Assembly (NCBI GenBank): GCA_964291295.2
Contig: OZ219754.1
Coordinates: 64,001 to 128,000, forward strand
DNA: 64,000 bases
From: an uncultured Candidatus Binatia bacterium
Lineage (GTDB): Bacteria; Desulfobacterota; Binatia; UBA9968; JAJDTQ01
Direction of reading: 5' to 3'
Each line of letters opens with the position of its first letter. Within the stretch, counting starts at the first letter, position 1. The notes beneath the pieces are model-generated. The model was not told where the DNA came from. It worked only from the letters and a program-made list of their open reading frames with translations, and did no database searches. The translations under genes were made by a program, and so were the position numbers. This document shows, piece by piece, positions 1-13,753 of the stretch.

Positions 1-2
1 TG

Positions 3-2903
3 GAGGGGCTTCTCGGGCCAAGGACCGAGGCAACCGTGCTGGACAGCCTGTCCAAGGAACTGGAGATCAAGGGCACGTTGCGCGTTCTGCGCCACGGCTT
101 CAAATGCTACGGCAAGAACTTCCGCATGGCCTGGTTCCGCCCCAATACCCGCATGAACCCCGAGGCGGCGGAGAACTACGCCAACAACCGGCTGACGATC
201 ACGCGCCAGGTTGCCTTCACTTCAGCCATGAAAAGAGCCGACGACAAAAACCGCCGCTGCATCATCGACGTGACGCTTGCCGTCAACGGCATCCCCGTCG
301 TGACCGCAGAACTCAAGAACCCGCTGACCGGACAGCGCGCCGCCGATGCCATTCGCCAGTACCAGGACGAGCGTGACGGGCGCGATCTGCTCTTCGCTTT
401 CAGGCAGCGGGCGCTGGTCCACTTCGCCGTGGATCCGGACGAGGCGTGGATGACGACGCAGTTGAAGGGCAAGGAGACACTCTTTTTGCCCTTCAACCGG
501 GGCCACCATCACGGAGCGGGCAATCCGCCGGTCGCGGGGAACTGGAGGACCCATTACTTGTGGGACGAAGTGCTGCAGGCCAACAGCCTGCTGGAAATCC
601 TGCAACGCTTCATGCACCTCGAAGTGAAAGAAACGCAGATCAACACCGACAAGGGCGTGCGCACCGTGCGGACGGAGACGATGATCTTTCCGCGCTATCA
701 CCAACTCGACGCGGTTCGCGGACTCGTGGCCCACGCCAAGGCCAACGGCGCGGGCCGCAACTACCTGATCCAGCATTCCGCCGGCTCCGGCAAGTCGAAC
801 TCGATTGCCTGGCTGGCGCATCGGCTGTCCAGTCTCCATGACGAACACGACGAGAAGGTGTTCCACACCGTCATCGTCGTGACCGACCGGCGCGTACTCG
901 ATCAGCAATTGCAGGATACGATCTACCAGTTCGAGCACAAGACCGGCGTGGTGGAGAAGATCGACGAGAACACCCGGCAGCTTGCCCGGGCGTTGTCCCA
1001 GGGTACGCCCATCGTCATCACCACGATCCAGAAATTTCCCTTCATTTCGCAGGCGCTCTCAACCCTTGAAAAGAAGGGCACCGGCGTGAAGATCGACACG
1101 GCGGGAAAGCGCTTCGCGGTCATCGTCGACGAGGCGCACTCGTCGCAGAGCGGAGAGACCGCCACCGCTCTCAAGGGCATGTTGAACAAGGAAGGGATCG
1201 AAGCGGCCGTTGCCGCGCAGCTTTCGGACGAAGAGGACGACGACCTCTCCGACGAAGCGAAAGCGGCGGTGCTGCGCGACGCACTGCGACGCTCCAAGCA
1301 GCCGAACCTCAGCTTCTTCGCCTTCACGGCCACGCCGAAATTCAAGACGATGGCCCTGTTCGACGAGCCCGGCCCGTCAGGTGCGTCACCCTTCCACGTG
1401 TACTCCATGCGGCAAGCCATCGAGGAAGGCTACGTCATGGACGTGCTCCAGAACTACACCACCTACAAACGCTTCTTTGGCCTGATCAAGCAGGTGGCGG
1501 ATGATCCGAACGTGCCGCGCAGGGAGGCCGCCGCGGCCCTTGCCCGCTACCTTGAGCTTCATCCCGTCAACATCGAGCAGGTCGTTTCCGTCATCGTCGA
1601 GCATTTTCGTCTCCATGTGAGGAGCGAACTCGGCGGTCGCGCCAAGGCGATGGTTGTAACCGGCTCCCGCATCGCCGCGGTGAAATACAAGCTCGCCTTC
1701 GACCGCTACATCAGGGAGCAGGGCTATACCGGCATCCGTTCCCTGGTGGCATTCTCGGGGACGGTGGAAGACCCGGACGACCCCGGATCGTCCTGGACCG
1801 AAGTCGCAATGAACGACGGTCTTTCCGAAAGCGAACTCCCCAAGGCCTTCGGGGGCCGCGACTACCAGGTTCTGCTGGTCGCCGAGAAGTATCAGACCGG
1901 ATTCGATCAGCCTTTGTTGCAGACGATGTATGTGGTGAAGCGGCTGGCGGGTGTTCAGGCGGTTCAGACCCTCTCGAGGCTCAACCGGACCGCGCCCGGC
2001 AAGTCGCGCACCTTCGTACTCGATTTCGCCAACGAGGAAGAGGATATCTACAAGGCGTTCAAACCCTACTACGAGACCACCCCTGCCGGTGACAACGCCG
2101 ATCCACACCGCCTGTCGGAGCTGCAGCACCGCCTGCTCGAGTGGGCGATCTTCACGCCCGCCGACGTGGCCGCTTTCGCCGCAGTATGGTATCGCGGCAA
2201 GCGCGACCCCTCGGCGAGCGATCATCGCGCGATGAACGCCGTTCTCGACACGGTGGTCGAGCGCTTCCGGGATCGCGGGGAGGAAGAGCGGGAGGCCTTT
2301 CGCGGCCAGTTGAAGGGCTATCGAAGTCTCTACGCCTTTCTCTCACAGATCATTCCGTATCAGGACAGCGAGCTTGAACGGCTCTACGCTTTCGTGCGGA
2401 ATCTGCTGGCGAAGCTGCCGCCGCCGGGGGATGGCCGGGCCTTCGTTCTCGACGATGAGGTGGCGCTGCGGTTCTTCCGGCTTCAGCAGGTGCAACAAGG
2501 CTCCATCCACCTTGCGTATGGCGAGGCCGATCCGCTGAAGGGTCCCACCGACCTCGGCACTGCGGGAATCAAGGACGAAGAGGTGGCGCTTTCAAGCCTG
2601 ATCGACCGCCTCAACGAGCGTTTCGGCACCGCCTTCACCGAGGCGGACCAATTGTTCTTCGACCAGGTACGAGCTTCGGCTGAACGCGACCCGAACATCG
2701 TGGAGGCCGCTCGGGCCAATAACCTTCCGAACTTCACCGCCTGGCTGGATCAGATTCTGAATGCACTGTTCGTCGCGCGAATGGAGGGCAATGACGAGAT
2801 ATTTTCGAGGGTGATGACGGATTCCGAGTTCCGTTCAGCCGCGCGGGAGCATTTGGCGGAGGAGATCTTCCGACGGGTTCGCGAGACGCCCGCCGTGGCA
2901 TGA
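3..2903 (+). CDS. hsdR: Type I restriction endonuclease subunit R (5'-truncated by window edge)
   Basis: Frame is open from base 3. Nuclease motif D..VNGIP...ELK, Walker A QHSAGSGKS, DEAH box, FTATP, and QTGFDQP / QTLSRLNR helicase motifs. Confidence 0.93.
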   Translation, partial: EGLLGPRTEATVLDSLSKELEIKGTLRVLRHGFKCYGKNFRMAWFRPNTRMNPEAAENYANNRLTITRQVAFTSAMKRADDKNRRCIIDVTLAVNGIPVVTAELKNPLTGQRAADAIRQYQDERDGRDLLFAFRQRALVHFAVDPDEAWMTTQLKGKETLFLPFNRGHHHGAGNPPVAGNWRTHYLWDEVLQANSLLEILQRFMHLEVKETQINTDKGVRTVRTETMIFPRYHQLDAVRGLVAHAKANGAGRNYLIQHSAGSGKSNSIAWLAHRLSSLHDEHDEKVFHTVIVVTDRRVLDQQLQDTIYQFEHKTGVVEKIDENTRQLARALSQGTPIVITTIQKFPFISQALSTLEKKGTGVKIDTAGKRFAVIVDEAHSSQSGETATALKGMLNKEGIEAAVAAQLSDEEDDDLSDEAKAAVLRDALRRSKQPNLSFFAFTATPKFKTMALFDEPGPSGASPFHVYSMRQAIEEGYVMDVLQNYTTYKRFFGLIKQVADDPNVPRREAAAALARYLELHPVNIEQVVSVIVEHFRLHVRSELGGRAKAMVVTGSRIAAVKYKLAFDRYIREQGYTGIRSLVAFSGTVEDPDDPGSSWTEVAMNDGLSESELPKAFGGRDYQVLLVAEKYQTGFDQPLLQTMYVVKRLAGVQAVQTLSRLNRTAPGKSRTFVLDFANEEEDIYKAFKPYYETTPAGDNADPHRLSELQHRLLEWAIFTPADVAAFAAVWYRGKRDPSASDHRAMNAVLDTVVERFRDRGEEEREAFRGQLKGYRSLYAFLSQIIPYQDSELERLYAFVRNLLAKLPPPGDGRAFVLDDEVALRFFRLQQVQQGSIHLAYGEADPLKGPTDLGTAGIKDEEVALSSLIDRLNERFGTAFTEADQLFFDQVRASAERDPNIVEAARANNLPNFTAWLDQILNALFVARMEGNDEIFSRVMTDSEFRSAAREHLAEEIFRRVRETPAVA

Positions 2904-2908
2904 CCACC

Positions 2909-2932
2909 GACCGGACAGTCGGATGTCCGGTC
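2909..2932 (+). terminator. Hairpin just after the hsdR stop
   Basis: gaccggaca-gtcgga-tgtccggtc forms a 9-bp perfect stem; no U-tract. Confidence 0.35.
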
Positions 2933-3234
2933 GCCTCCTGGATGTCCGATCGCCCCTTCTCCGGCATGAACCCGCGACGGCAGCGCAATCCTCGCTGGCG
3001 TGGTTCCCCTCAACGTGCCCGATTCACGGCAGCCTCGAACCAGCGCGGTGGAAGCGGGCACGATCCCACCAAGTGGGCCGGGCCAGGTGACGGTGCCGGT
3101 GAGGGCGGCGTTTCAAGCCAGCGGCCTGTCCGGGCCGAGGCCGCAGGCCCACGGCTCGGCACAGTCGTTGCGGCGGGCGACGCCGAAAGCGCCGTATCGG
3201 AGCCGAAACCCCGCCCCTGCCTCTCCGGGACGCC

Positions 3235-4389
3235 TCAGGCCGTGCCGAGGATCAGCGTGGCATGCATGGCCAGGCTGCCGCCGTGACCGCTGATGATGCC
3301 GACTCTGGCGTCCGGCACCTGGCGTTCGGGCTCGACTTCGTTGCCCCGGAGTTGTCGGGCGCCCTCGGTGAGGTGCAGCATTCCCTCCAGGTGGGCCTGG
3401 GACAGCAGGCCGCCGTGGGTGTTGAGCGGGATGTCGCCGCCGATGCCGATGCGGCCCTCCTTGACGAAGTCCTTGCCCTCGCCCTTCTCGCAGAAACCGT
3501 AGTCCTCGAGGGTGATCAGCGCCGTGATGGTGAAACAGTCGTAGAGTTCGGCGAAGTCCATGTCCCCGGGATCAAGTCCCGCCATGTCATAGGCCGTGCG
3601 CGAAGACCGGCGGCCGCCCAGGGTGGTCAGCGTGGGCGCGTCCAGCAGGCTGAAGTGGGGGTGGTGCTGGCCCATGCCGAGGATCACCACCGGCGGCTTG
3701 GGAAAGTCCTGCGCGCGCTCCAGACCGGTGACCAGCACGGCGCCGCCGCCGTCGGACTCCAGCGAGCAGTCGAGCAGGTGCAGCGGATCGACGATCATGC
3801 GGGACTGCTGGTGGTCCTCCACCGTGATCGGCTGCTTCATGGTGGCGTTGGCGTTCAGGGACGCATGCCGGCGGGTGGATACGGCGATCTCCGCCAGATC
3901 CTCGCTGCGGGTGCCGAACTCGTGCATGTGGCGCCGGGCCGCCAGGGCGTGGCCGGCAGCCGCGGCGAAGTGCCCCCAGGGGCGCTCCCAGTGCTCGTCC
4001 CCCCGGCGAATGGGAAACCCGGGGGTGGCGTCGCCGGTGGAGCGCTTGCGCGCGTGCACGCACAGCACCGTGCGGCACATGCCGGCGTCGATGGCCATGA
4101 CCGCGTGCTGCACCATGGCGATGGGCGTGGCGCCCCCCAGGGCCAGGTCCGTGGCATAGGCCGGCGTGATGCCCGCCATGTGCGCCAGCCGCACCGCGTA
4201 GCTCCGGTGCGCGTCGTTGAGCGGCTGGTTGGTGAGAAAGCCGTCCACCGCATCGCCGCGGATGCCCGCGTCGTTGAGACACTCCCGGATCGCCTCCAGA
4301 TGCAGCGAATGGGTGGTGGCGTCGGGACGCTTGCCCACCAAGGTCTCGCCCACGCCGACGATGGCGTATTTTCCCCCGAGATTGGCCAT
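3235..4389 (-). CDS. Thiolase-superfamily protein (SCP2/Ltp2-like)
   Basis: AIVGVGET start, DGGGAVLV, ELYDCFT and NTHGGLLS motifs; GGAGG RBS before ATG 4389. Confidence 0.88.
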   Translation of the reverse strand: MANLGGKYAIVGVGETLVGKRPDATTHSLHLEAIRECLNDAGIRGDAVDGFLTNQPLNDAHRSYAVRLAHMAGITPAYATDLALGGATPIAMVQHAVMAIDAGMCRTVLCVHARKRSTGDATPGFPIRRGDEHWERPWGHFAAAAGHALAARRHMHEFGTRSEDLAEIAVSTRRHASLNANATMKQPITVEDHQQSRMIVDPLHLLDCSLESDGGGAVLVTGLERAQDFPKPPVVILGMGQHHPHFSLLDAPTLTTLGGRRSSRTAYDMAGLDPGDMDFAELYDCFTITALITLEDYGFCEKGEGKDFVKEGRIGIGGDIPLNTHGGLLSQAHLEGMLHLTEGARQLRGNEVEPERQVPDARVGIISGHGGSLAMHATLILGTA

Positions 4390-4470
4390 GGTTCCTCCCT
4401 GCCGGGGCCGCACTCCCCGGCTCCGAATCCGTAACAGCGAACGATCAACGGCGTCAAGACGCAAGCCGGG

Positions 4471-4616
4471 TTCCCGCCGGCGCGGGCCGGAGCTTGCCGC
4501 CGCGCCCCGGAGCTTTCTCCGTTTGCGAGACGGCTGAACACGCAACGTCAACAGCGGGCCGGTCGTTGCCGCCGCGTCCCGGAGCTTTCCCGTGGCCGCT
4601 CCCGCGCCGGCGGGAA
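4471..4616. repeat. 146-bp element with perfect 16-bp terminal inverted repeats and internal direct repeats (MITE/REP-like)
   Basis: ttcccgccggcgcggg (4471-4486) is the exact reverse complement of 4601-4616. ~36-bp direct repeats at 4482-4517 and 4554-4589. Confidence 0.6.
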
Positions 4617-4691
4617 TGGCCTGTCCGATATCGGCAGCGCCCGCCGGGCGTGATTGCGGCCCCCGGGCCTTTCTGTTACCCGTGCCGGATC

Positions 4692-6134
4692 ATGCGTTAC
4701 GAACCGGTCATCGGACTGGAAGTGCATGCGCAGCTCCTGACCGAGTCCAAGATATTCTGCGGCTGCTCCACGCGCTTCGGCGAGACCCCCAACCGCAACA
4801 CCTGCCCGGTCTGCATGGGTTTTCCCGGGGTGCTCCCGGTGCTCAACCACAAGGTGGTGGAACACACCATCCGCACCGGGTTGGCCACCCACTGCACCAT
4901 CGCCCGGCGCAGCCGCTGGGCGCGCAAGAACTACTTCTATCCCGATCTGCCCAAGGGTTACCAGATAAGCCAGTACGAGTTGCCCCTGTGCACCGGCGGC
5001 CACCTGGACGTGAGCGTGGACGGCGCCCCCCGACGGGTGCGGCTCACGCGCATCCACATGGAGGAGGACGCCGGCAAGAGCATCCACCACGTGGGCGGCG
5101 ACCACAGCCTGGTGGACCTCAACCGGGCGGGGGTGCCGCTCATGGAGATCGTGAGCGAGCCCGACCTGCGCAGCCCGGGCGAGGCCGGCGACTATCTCCG
5201 CACCCTGCGGTCGGTCCTCGAATACCTTGAGGTGTGCGACGGCAACATGGAGGAAGGCAGCTTCCGTTGCGACGCCAACGTCTCGCTGCGGCCCGAGGGA
5301 GAGGACCGGCTGGGCGTCAAGGTGGAGATCAAGAACCTGAACTCGTTCAAGGCGGTCGAGCGGGCGCTGGCGTACGAGATCCGGCGCCAGGGACAGCTGC
5401 TGTCGGACCGCGGCGCGGTCCTGCAGGAGACACGTCTGTGGGATCCCGACGCCGAAGTCACCCGCTCCATGCGCTCCAAGGAGCAGGCCCACGACTACCG
5501 CTACTTCCCCGACCCGGACCTGCTGCCGCTGGAGATCGACGACGCCTGGGTCGGCGAACTCCGCACCACGCTGCCCGAACTGGCTCGGGAACGCCGCAAC
5601 CGTTTCATGGAGGAGTACGGCCTCCCCGCCAGCGACGCCGACATCCTTGTGCAGCGGCGCGACGCGGCCGACTACTTCGAGGCCGCGGTGCGGACCCACG
5701 CCAATCCCAAGGCCATCGCCAACTGGCTCATGGGCGACCTCTTCCGCGTCCTCAAGGAGCACCGGCTCGACGCCGCGCGGCGCATCGACAACTGGCCCGT
5801 GGCGGCCCGGGATCTGGCCCGGATGGTGCAACTCGTGGACCAGGGAATCATCAGCGGCAAGCTCGCCAAGACCGTCTTCACGGAAATGCTGGAGAGCGGC
5901 CGGGGCCCGGACGCGGTGGTGAGGGAGAAGGGGCTGGAGCAGGTGTCCGACACGGGCGCGCTCGAAGCCGCGGTGGACGAAGTGCTGTCGGCGTGCGCGG
6001 CGCAGGTGGCGGAGTACCGCGCCGGCAGGGAGAAGGTCTTCGGCTTCCTGGTGGGTCAGGTGATGAAGGCCACCCGCGGCAAGGCCAATCCGCCGATGGT
6101 CAACGAGATCCTTCGCCGCAGATTGCAGAGCTGA
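4692..6134 (+). CDS. gatB: Asp-tRNA(Asn)/Glu-tRNA(Gln) amidotransferase subunit B
   Basis: YEPVIGLEVHAQL, RKNYFYPDLPKGYQISQ, DYRYFPDPDL, FLVGQVMK..RGKANP. Confidence 0.98.
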   Translation: MRYEPVIGLEVHAQLLTESKIFCGCSTRFGETPNRNTCPVCMGFPGVLPVLNHKVVEHTIRTGLATHCTIARRSRWARKNYFYPDLPKGYQISQYELPLCTGGHLDVSVDGAPRRVRLTRIHMEEDAGKSIHHVGGDHSLVDLNRAGVPLMEIVSEPDLRSPGEAGDYLRTLRSVLEYLEVCDGNMEEGSFRCDANVSLRPEGEDRLGVKVEIKNLNSFKAVERALAYEIRRQGQLLSDRGAVLQETRLWDPDAEVTRSMRSKEQAHDYRYFPDPDLLPLEIDDAWVGELRTTLPELARERRNRFMEEYGLPASDADILVQRRDAADYFEAAVRTHANPKAIANWLMGDLFRVLKEHRLDAARRIDNWPVAARDLARMVQLVDQGIISGKLAKTVFTEMLESGRGPDAVVREKGLEQVSDTGALEAAVDEVLSACAAQVAEYRAGREKVFGFLVGQVMKATRGKANPPMVNEILRRRLQS

Positions 6135-6171
6135 GGCCCGCGGCGGAACCCGGCGCCGCCCGCGGCCCGCC

Positions 6172-6225
6172 CCCTGCCGGAATCCCCCCGGCAGAATTCC
6201 CCTCGGCAGAATTCCCCCGGCAGGG
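6172..6225. repeat. Inverted repeat enclosing a 15-bp tandem repeat between convergent gatB and argJ
   Basis: ccctgccgg ... ccggcaggg arms; cggcagaattcccc twice (6189-6218). Confidence 0.55.
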
Positions 6226-6267
6226 TTTCGCGTTGGCGGGACCAGGGAACGCCGGGGACCGCGCCCG

Positions 6268-7454
6268 TCAGGTGCGGTAGTCGGAGTTGATGCGGACGTA
6301 CTCGTGGCCCAGGTCGGAGGTCCACACCGATGTCCGGGCCGGCCCCATGCCCAGGCTGATGCGCACGGTGAAGGCCGGACGCTGCATGACCGCGGCGGCG
6401 GCCGCCTCCCGGGTGCCCACGGCCACCCCGCGGCGCACCACCCTGACACCACCCAGGGCGATGTCGAGAGTCTCTTCCACCACCGGCACGCCGGCATTGC
6501 CGATGGCCATCATGAACCGGCCGACATTGGGATCCTCGCCGAAGAAGGCGGTCTTGACGAGCTTGGAGTTGGCCACGGTGAACGCCACCCGGCGGGCCTC
6601 GGCCTCGGTCCGGGCACCGTCCACCCGGATCTCCACGACCTTGCGGGTGCCCTCGCCGTCGGCCACGATCTTGAGTGCCAGTTCCTTCATCACCCGCGTC
6701 ACCGCCCGCTCCAGCAATTCCTCGCCGTCGCCGCCGCGGACAATGCGCGGATTGCCGGCGATGCCGTTGGCCAGGCACAGGACCGTGTCATTGGTGCTGG
6801 TGTCGCCGTCCACGGTGATGGCGTGGAACGTGTCATGGGCGGCGCGGCGCAGCATGGGGCGGAGTGCGGCCGGTGCGATGGCGGCGTCGGTGAGAACGTA
6901 GCACAGCATGGTGGCCATGTGCGGGGCGATCATGCCGGCCCCCTTGGCGATGCCGGCGACGTGTACCGCACGGCCGCCGATACGGCACCCGGCCGCGGCG
7001 GTCTTGGGGCCGTTGTCCGTGGTCCGGATGGCCTCGGCGGCATCCTCAAGGCCGTCCGCCGACAGCACCGCGGCTGCGGCCGCGATGCCGCGCGCGATCT
7101 TGTCCATGGGCAGCGGGACGCCGATGATGCCGGTGGAGGAAGGCAGGATCCGCTGCGCGTCGATGGCCAGGTGTCGCGCCGCCTCGGCGCAGGTCGCCTC
7201 GGCGGCCCGCCGCCCGCCCGGGCCGGTGCAGGCGTTGGCATTGCCGCTGTTCACCACGACGGCCTGGATCCGCCCCCGGCGCACATGTTGCGCGCCCGTG
7301 GTCACGCTGGGGCTCTTGATGCGGTTCCTGGTGAACAGGGCGGCGGCGGCCGCCGGGCACTCGGAGACGATCAGCGCCAAGTCCTTGCGCCCGCTCTCCT
7401 TGATGCCGCAGGCCACGCCGGCGAAGCGGAACCCGGGGACGCCCCGCAGGGGCT

Positions 7455-7470
<16 letters not shown>
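6268..7470 (-). CDS. argJ: Bifunctional glutamate N-acetyltransferase/ornithine acetyltransferase
   Basis: [30 protein letters not shown] (autocleavage site), [13 protein letters not shown]-terminal [10 protein letters not shown]. Start is ATG 7470 or GTG 7458, overlapping the secA stop. Confidence 0.97.
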
Positions 7471-10934
<3,464 letters not shown>

Positions 10935-10950
10935 GGAATCAGGATAACGA

Positions 10951-12174
10951 CTACCGGGGGGAGTTGCAATTTTTCGGCCCGCCGCCGCCGTCCTGACGCG
11001 CCAGGATTCCCGCGCTGGCGGGAAGGATGCCGCCGGGGGAACCGCCCGCCGCGTCCCTGCCGGCGGCGGGGTCCGGCACGCGGGGCCGGCCCCGGGGCTC
11101 CGCCCCCGCCAACTGGTTCCCCAGCTCCTTGCCGCAACTCGGGAAGTGGCCGAACACCTGGTCCCAGACCTCGCGGGTTTCCATGCAGAGGTAGATGGGC
11201 ACCAGCGGGGCGGCCTCGCGAATCCACTGCCGCATCTTGCGGTACATGGCCACGCGCAGGGGCTGGAAGTAGCGCATCTTGCCGTCGGGGCACGCCACCT
11301 GCTCGCCGGACAGTATCCGGGTGGCAGGGAAGCGCTGGCGCATCATGCGCTTGAGCGAAGGGGTGGTGCGCAGCACGCCCATGCTGGTCCATGCCATGCG
11401 GCGATGGTCCAGGCGGGTGAAGAGCCGGTGCAACAGGTCGCGGTATTCCTCCTGCCAGCCGGGGTACTCCACCATGGGGTCGAAGTGGAAGCCCAGCCGG
11501 TAGCCGGCCTGCTGGCACCGCCAGGCGGCCTCCAGCCGTTCCTCCAGCGACGCGGTCAGGCCCTCGTCGGCGTCGATGACGGACTGGGGATTCATCGACC
11601 ACGAGACCACCACCCGTTCCCTGGGGTCGAGGCCGAGGAGTCCTTCGACGTGGTCGCTCTTGGTCTTGAGTTCCAGCAGCACGTTGGGTTGCTCGGCGAA
11701 GAACGGCACCGCGGCCTCGGCAAAGCCGATGAGGGGCTCCAGCGCCAGGCTGTCGGTGATCTCGCCGGTGCCGATGCGGAAGAGAGAGCCCCGGTGCCTG
11801 GCCAGCAGTTCACGGGTTTCCGCCAGGAGGTCGTCGAGGTTGCTGAAAACCTTGAGGGCCGGGTTCTCGGCGAGGTAGTCCTGCAGATAACAGTAGCTGC
11901 AGTCCATGGGACAGTTGCTGGCGAAGTTGATGATGTAGTAGTTGCAGCACACTTGGCCGTCGCTGCCCGGACATGCCTTGAGGAACCTGCCCCGGTGGCG
12001 CGCCAGGACCAGGTCACGCTTGCCCCGGGCAACCGGGGCGGTGCGGTCCGCCCGTTGCAGGTCCGGCACGGGGACGAACGGCACGTCGGGCAGGGCGGCC
12101 TTGAGGTTGTCGAAGATCACCGACCCCTCGGAACCGCTCTCGACGAGAACCCGTTCAGGCCGATACGTCCGCAT
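10951..12174 (-). CDS. Spore-photoproduct-lyase-like radical SAM protein
   Basis: [10 protein letters not shown] radical SAM motif; ELKTKS, WSMNP, GFHFDP, GKMRY and YLCME motifs typical of the SplB-like family. Confidence 0.85.
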   Translation of the reverse strand: MRTYRPERVLVESGSEGSVIFDNLKAALPDVPFVPVPDLQRADRTAPVARGKRDLVLARHRGRFLKACPGSDGQVCCNYYIINFASNCPMDCSYCYLQDYLAENPALKVFSNLDDLLAETRELLARHRGSLFRIGTGEITDSLALEPLIGFAEAAVPFFAEQPNVLLELKTKSDHVEGLLGLDPRERVVVSWSMNPQSVIDADEGLTASLEERLEAAWRCQQAGYRLGFHFDPMVEYPGWQEEYRDLLHRLFTRLDHRRMAWTSMGVLRTTPSLKRMMRQRFPATRILSGEQVACPDGKMRYFQPLRVAMYRKMRQWIREAAPLVPIYLCMETREVWDQVFGHFPSCGKELGNQLAGAEPRGRPRVPDPAAGRDAAGGSPGGILPASAGILARQDGGGGPKNCNSPR

Positions 12175-12706
12175 CCTCTTTCCCGTCCAGGAGCGCGAAC
12201 ACCTCTCGCGCCGTATCGTTCCCGGCCAGCGCCTCCACCTCCCGGGCGAGCCGCGCGAGCGACTCCGCCGCGCCGGCCCGCAACTCCACCTTGAGGCCGC
12301 CCTCGAGTCCCGGCGCCACGGTGATGCGGATGCGCGGATCGAGCTTCAGGCTGCGGAGTCGGCTCCGGATCTCGTCCTCGACGCGGGTCAGGCGAGGGTA
12401 ACGCAGCCGCCTGAGGGCCTCCTTGGCGTGCTTGAGCTTTTCGTTGCGTCCGAGACGGCGGTCCGACAGGGTCGGCGCCAACTCCTTCCGGTCCACGACC
12501 GCGGCGATGGAGCAGCCGTCCCGCAGCGATATCTCGACGCACCAGTCAAGGAAATCGTTGAAATGGTTGCCTCCGAGCCGGAGGCCGCGGGCGAGCACCA
12601 GCAGCGCCCGCCTGTCCGCCTCGTCCAGCGCCAGCCAGCGCTCCACGGCCAAGGCGTGAATCCCCCGCTCCCGGCCGTAGCCTGCAATCTCTTCCGACAG
12701 TGTCAC
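12155..12706 (-). CDS. Hypothetical helical protein, translationally coupled to both neighbours
   Basis: GTG start overlaps the GT2 stop (GTGA); stop overlaps the radical SAM start; natural composition with an LRRLRYP motif. Confidence 0.75.
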   Translation of the reverse strand: MTLSEEIAGYGRERGIHALAVERWLALDEADRRALLVLARGLRLGGNHFNDFLDWCVEISLRDGCSIAAVVDRKELAPTLSDRRLGRNEKLKHAKEALRRLRYPRLTRVEDEIRSRLRSLKLDPRIRITVAPGLEGGLKVELRAGAAESLARLAREVEALAGNDTAREVFALLDGKEDADVSA

Positions 12707-13545
12707 GCGCTCCGTACCCCGCGTGCCCGTGCACATGCCCGGCGCAGCCGCTCCTCGTATTCCTGCGCCTGGGCTTCATTGCCGCGCTTGCGAAACCCCC
12801 GGGCCAGGATCGTAACCTTTTTCGCCATGGCCTCCAAGGCCCATTCCGTCCTCTCCGCGTCCAGCCCCGCCTCGACGAGCCTGGCAAGGGAGAGGACGCG
12901 GAAGCGGTCGAATCCCCAAGTGGAGCGGGAAAGCTGGTCCGCGTGCCCGCCCCGCCGGGTGACCAGCGCCTCGGGGATCAGCGGCACCTCGGCATCCCGG
13001 GCGATACGCAGCCACAGGTCGTAGTCCTCGCACACGGGCAGCGACTCGTCGAACCCTCCGGTCCGCTCGAACAGCTCCCGCCGCATCATCACCGCCGAAG
13101 GGCTCACCAGACAAAGCTCCAGGCTCGCACGGAAGATGTCGCCCGAGGGCTTGCGGTGCCGGCGCCGGGGATTCACGCGCACGCCGTTGCGTATCCAGAT
13201 CTCTTCGGTCTGACAGATCTCGATCTCCGGGCGGCTTTCCATGAAATCGAGCTGGCGCTGGAGCTTGCGCGGATGCCAGAGATCGTCGGAGTCCAGGAAG
13301 GCGAGGTAATTTCCCGAGGCCCGGCCGGCTCCGAGGTTCCGGGCGGCGGCAACGCCCCGGCGGCGCTGGGTCAGCACCCGGAGTCGCGCGCCATGGTCCC
13401 GCAGCCGGCGCGGGGTCTCGTCCGTGGAGCCATCGTCCACGACGATCACCTCGCAGTCGGCCACGGTCTGCGCCAGGACCGAATCCACCGCTTCGCCGAG
13501 CATGGGCCAACGGTTGCAGGTGGGGATGATGACGCTGACGCGCAC
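12703..13545 (-). CDS. Glycosyltransferase family 2 (GT-A)
   Basis: VSVIIPT, VVDDGSTD, ARNLG, FLDSDD, CEDYDLWLR. Confidence 0.93.
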   Translation of the reverse strand: MRVSVIIPTCNRWPMLGEAVDSVLAQTVADCEVIVVDDGSTDETPRRLRDHGARLRVLTQRRRGVAAARNLGAGRASGNYLAFLDSDDLWHPRKLQRQLDFMESRPEIEICQTEEIWIRNGVRVNPRRRHRKPSGDIFRASLELCLVSPSAVMMRRELFERTGGFDESLPVCEDYDLWLRIARDAEVPLIPEALVTRRGGHADQLSRSTWGFDRFRVLSLARLVEAGLDAERTEWALEAMAKKVTILARGFRKRGNEAQAQEYEERLRRACARARGVRSA

Positions 13546-13753
13546 GGCCGGCCTTCAGGGATCAAATCAAGGATCAAACCGTGCGACAGGCGCCGTGTTG
13601 CCGGCGCCGCCGGCGCGCATCGACCCCGCAAGGCGCGATTCCGGCGGCGACGGACACGGACCGTTGGTATTCGGACCGGAGCATGTTCGGACCGGAGGGC
13701 GGCGTGAACATGCTGGCGGCGAGGTCCGCGGGTTTCAGGGCAACCCCCTGACC

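Noticed and set aside
2900-3293. Short ORFs (128 aa and 97 aa) after hsdR
   Set aside because: Low-complexity P/R/G/S composition, no RBS or motifs, and they overlap the thiolase 3' end.
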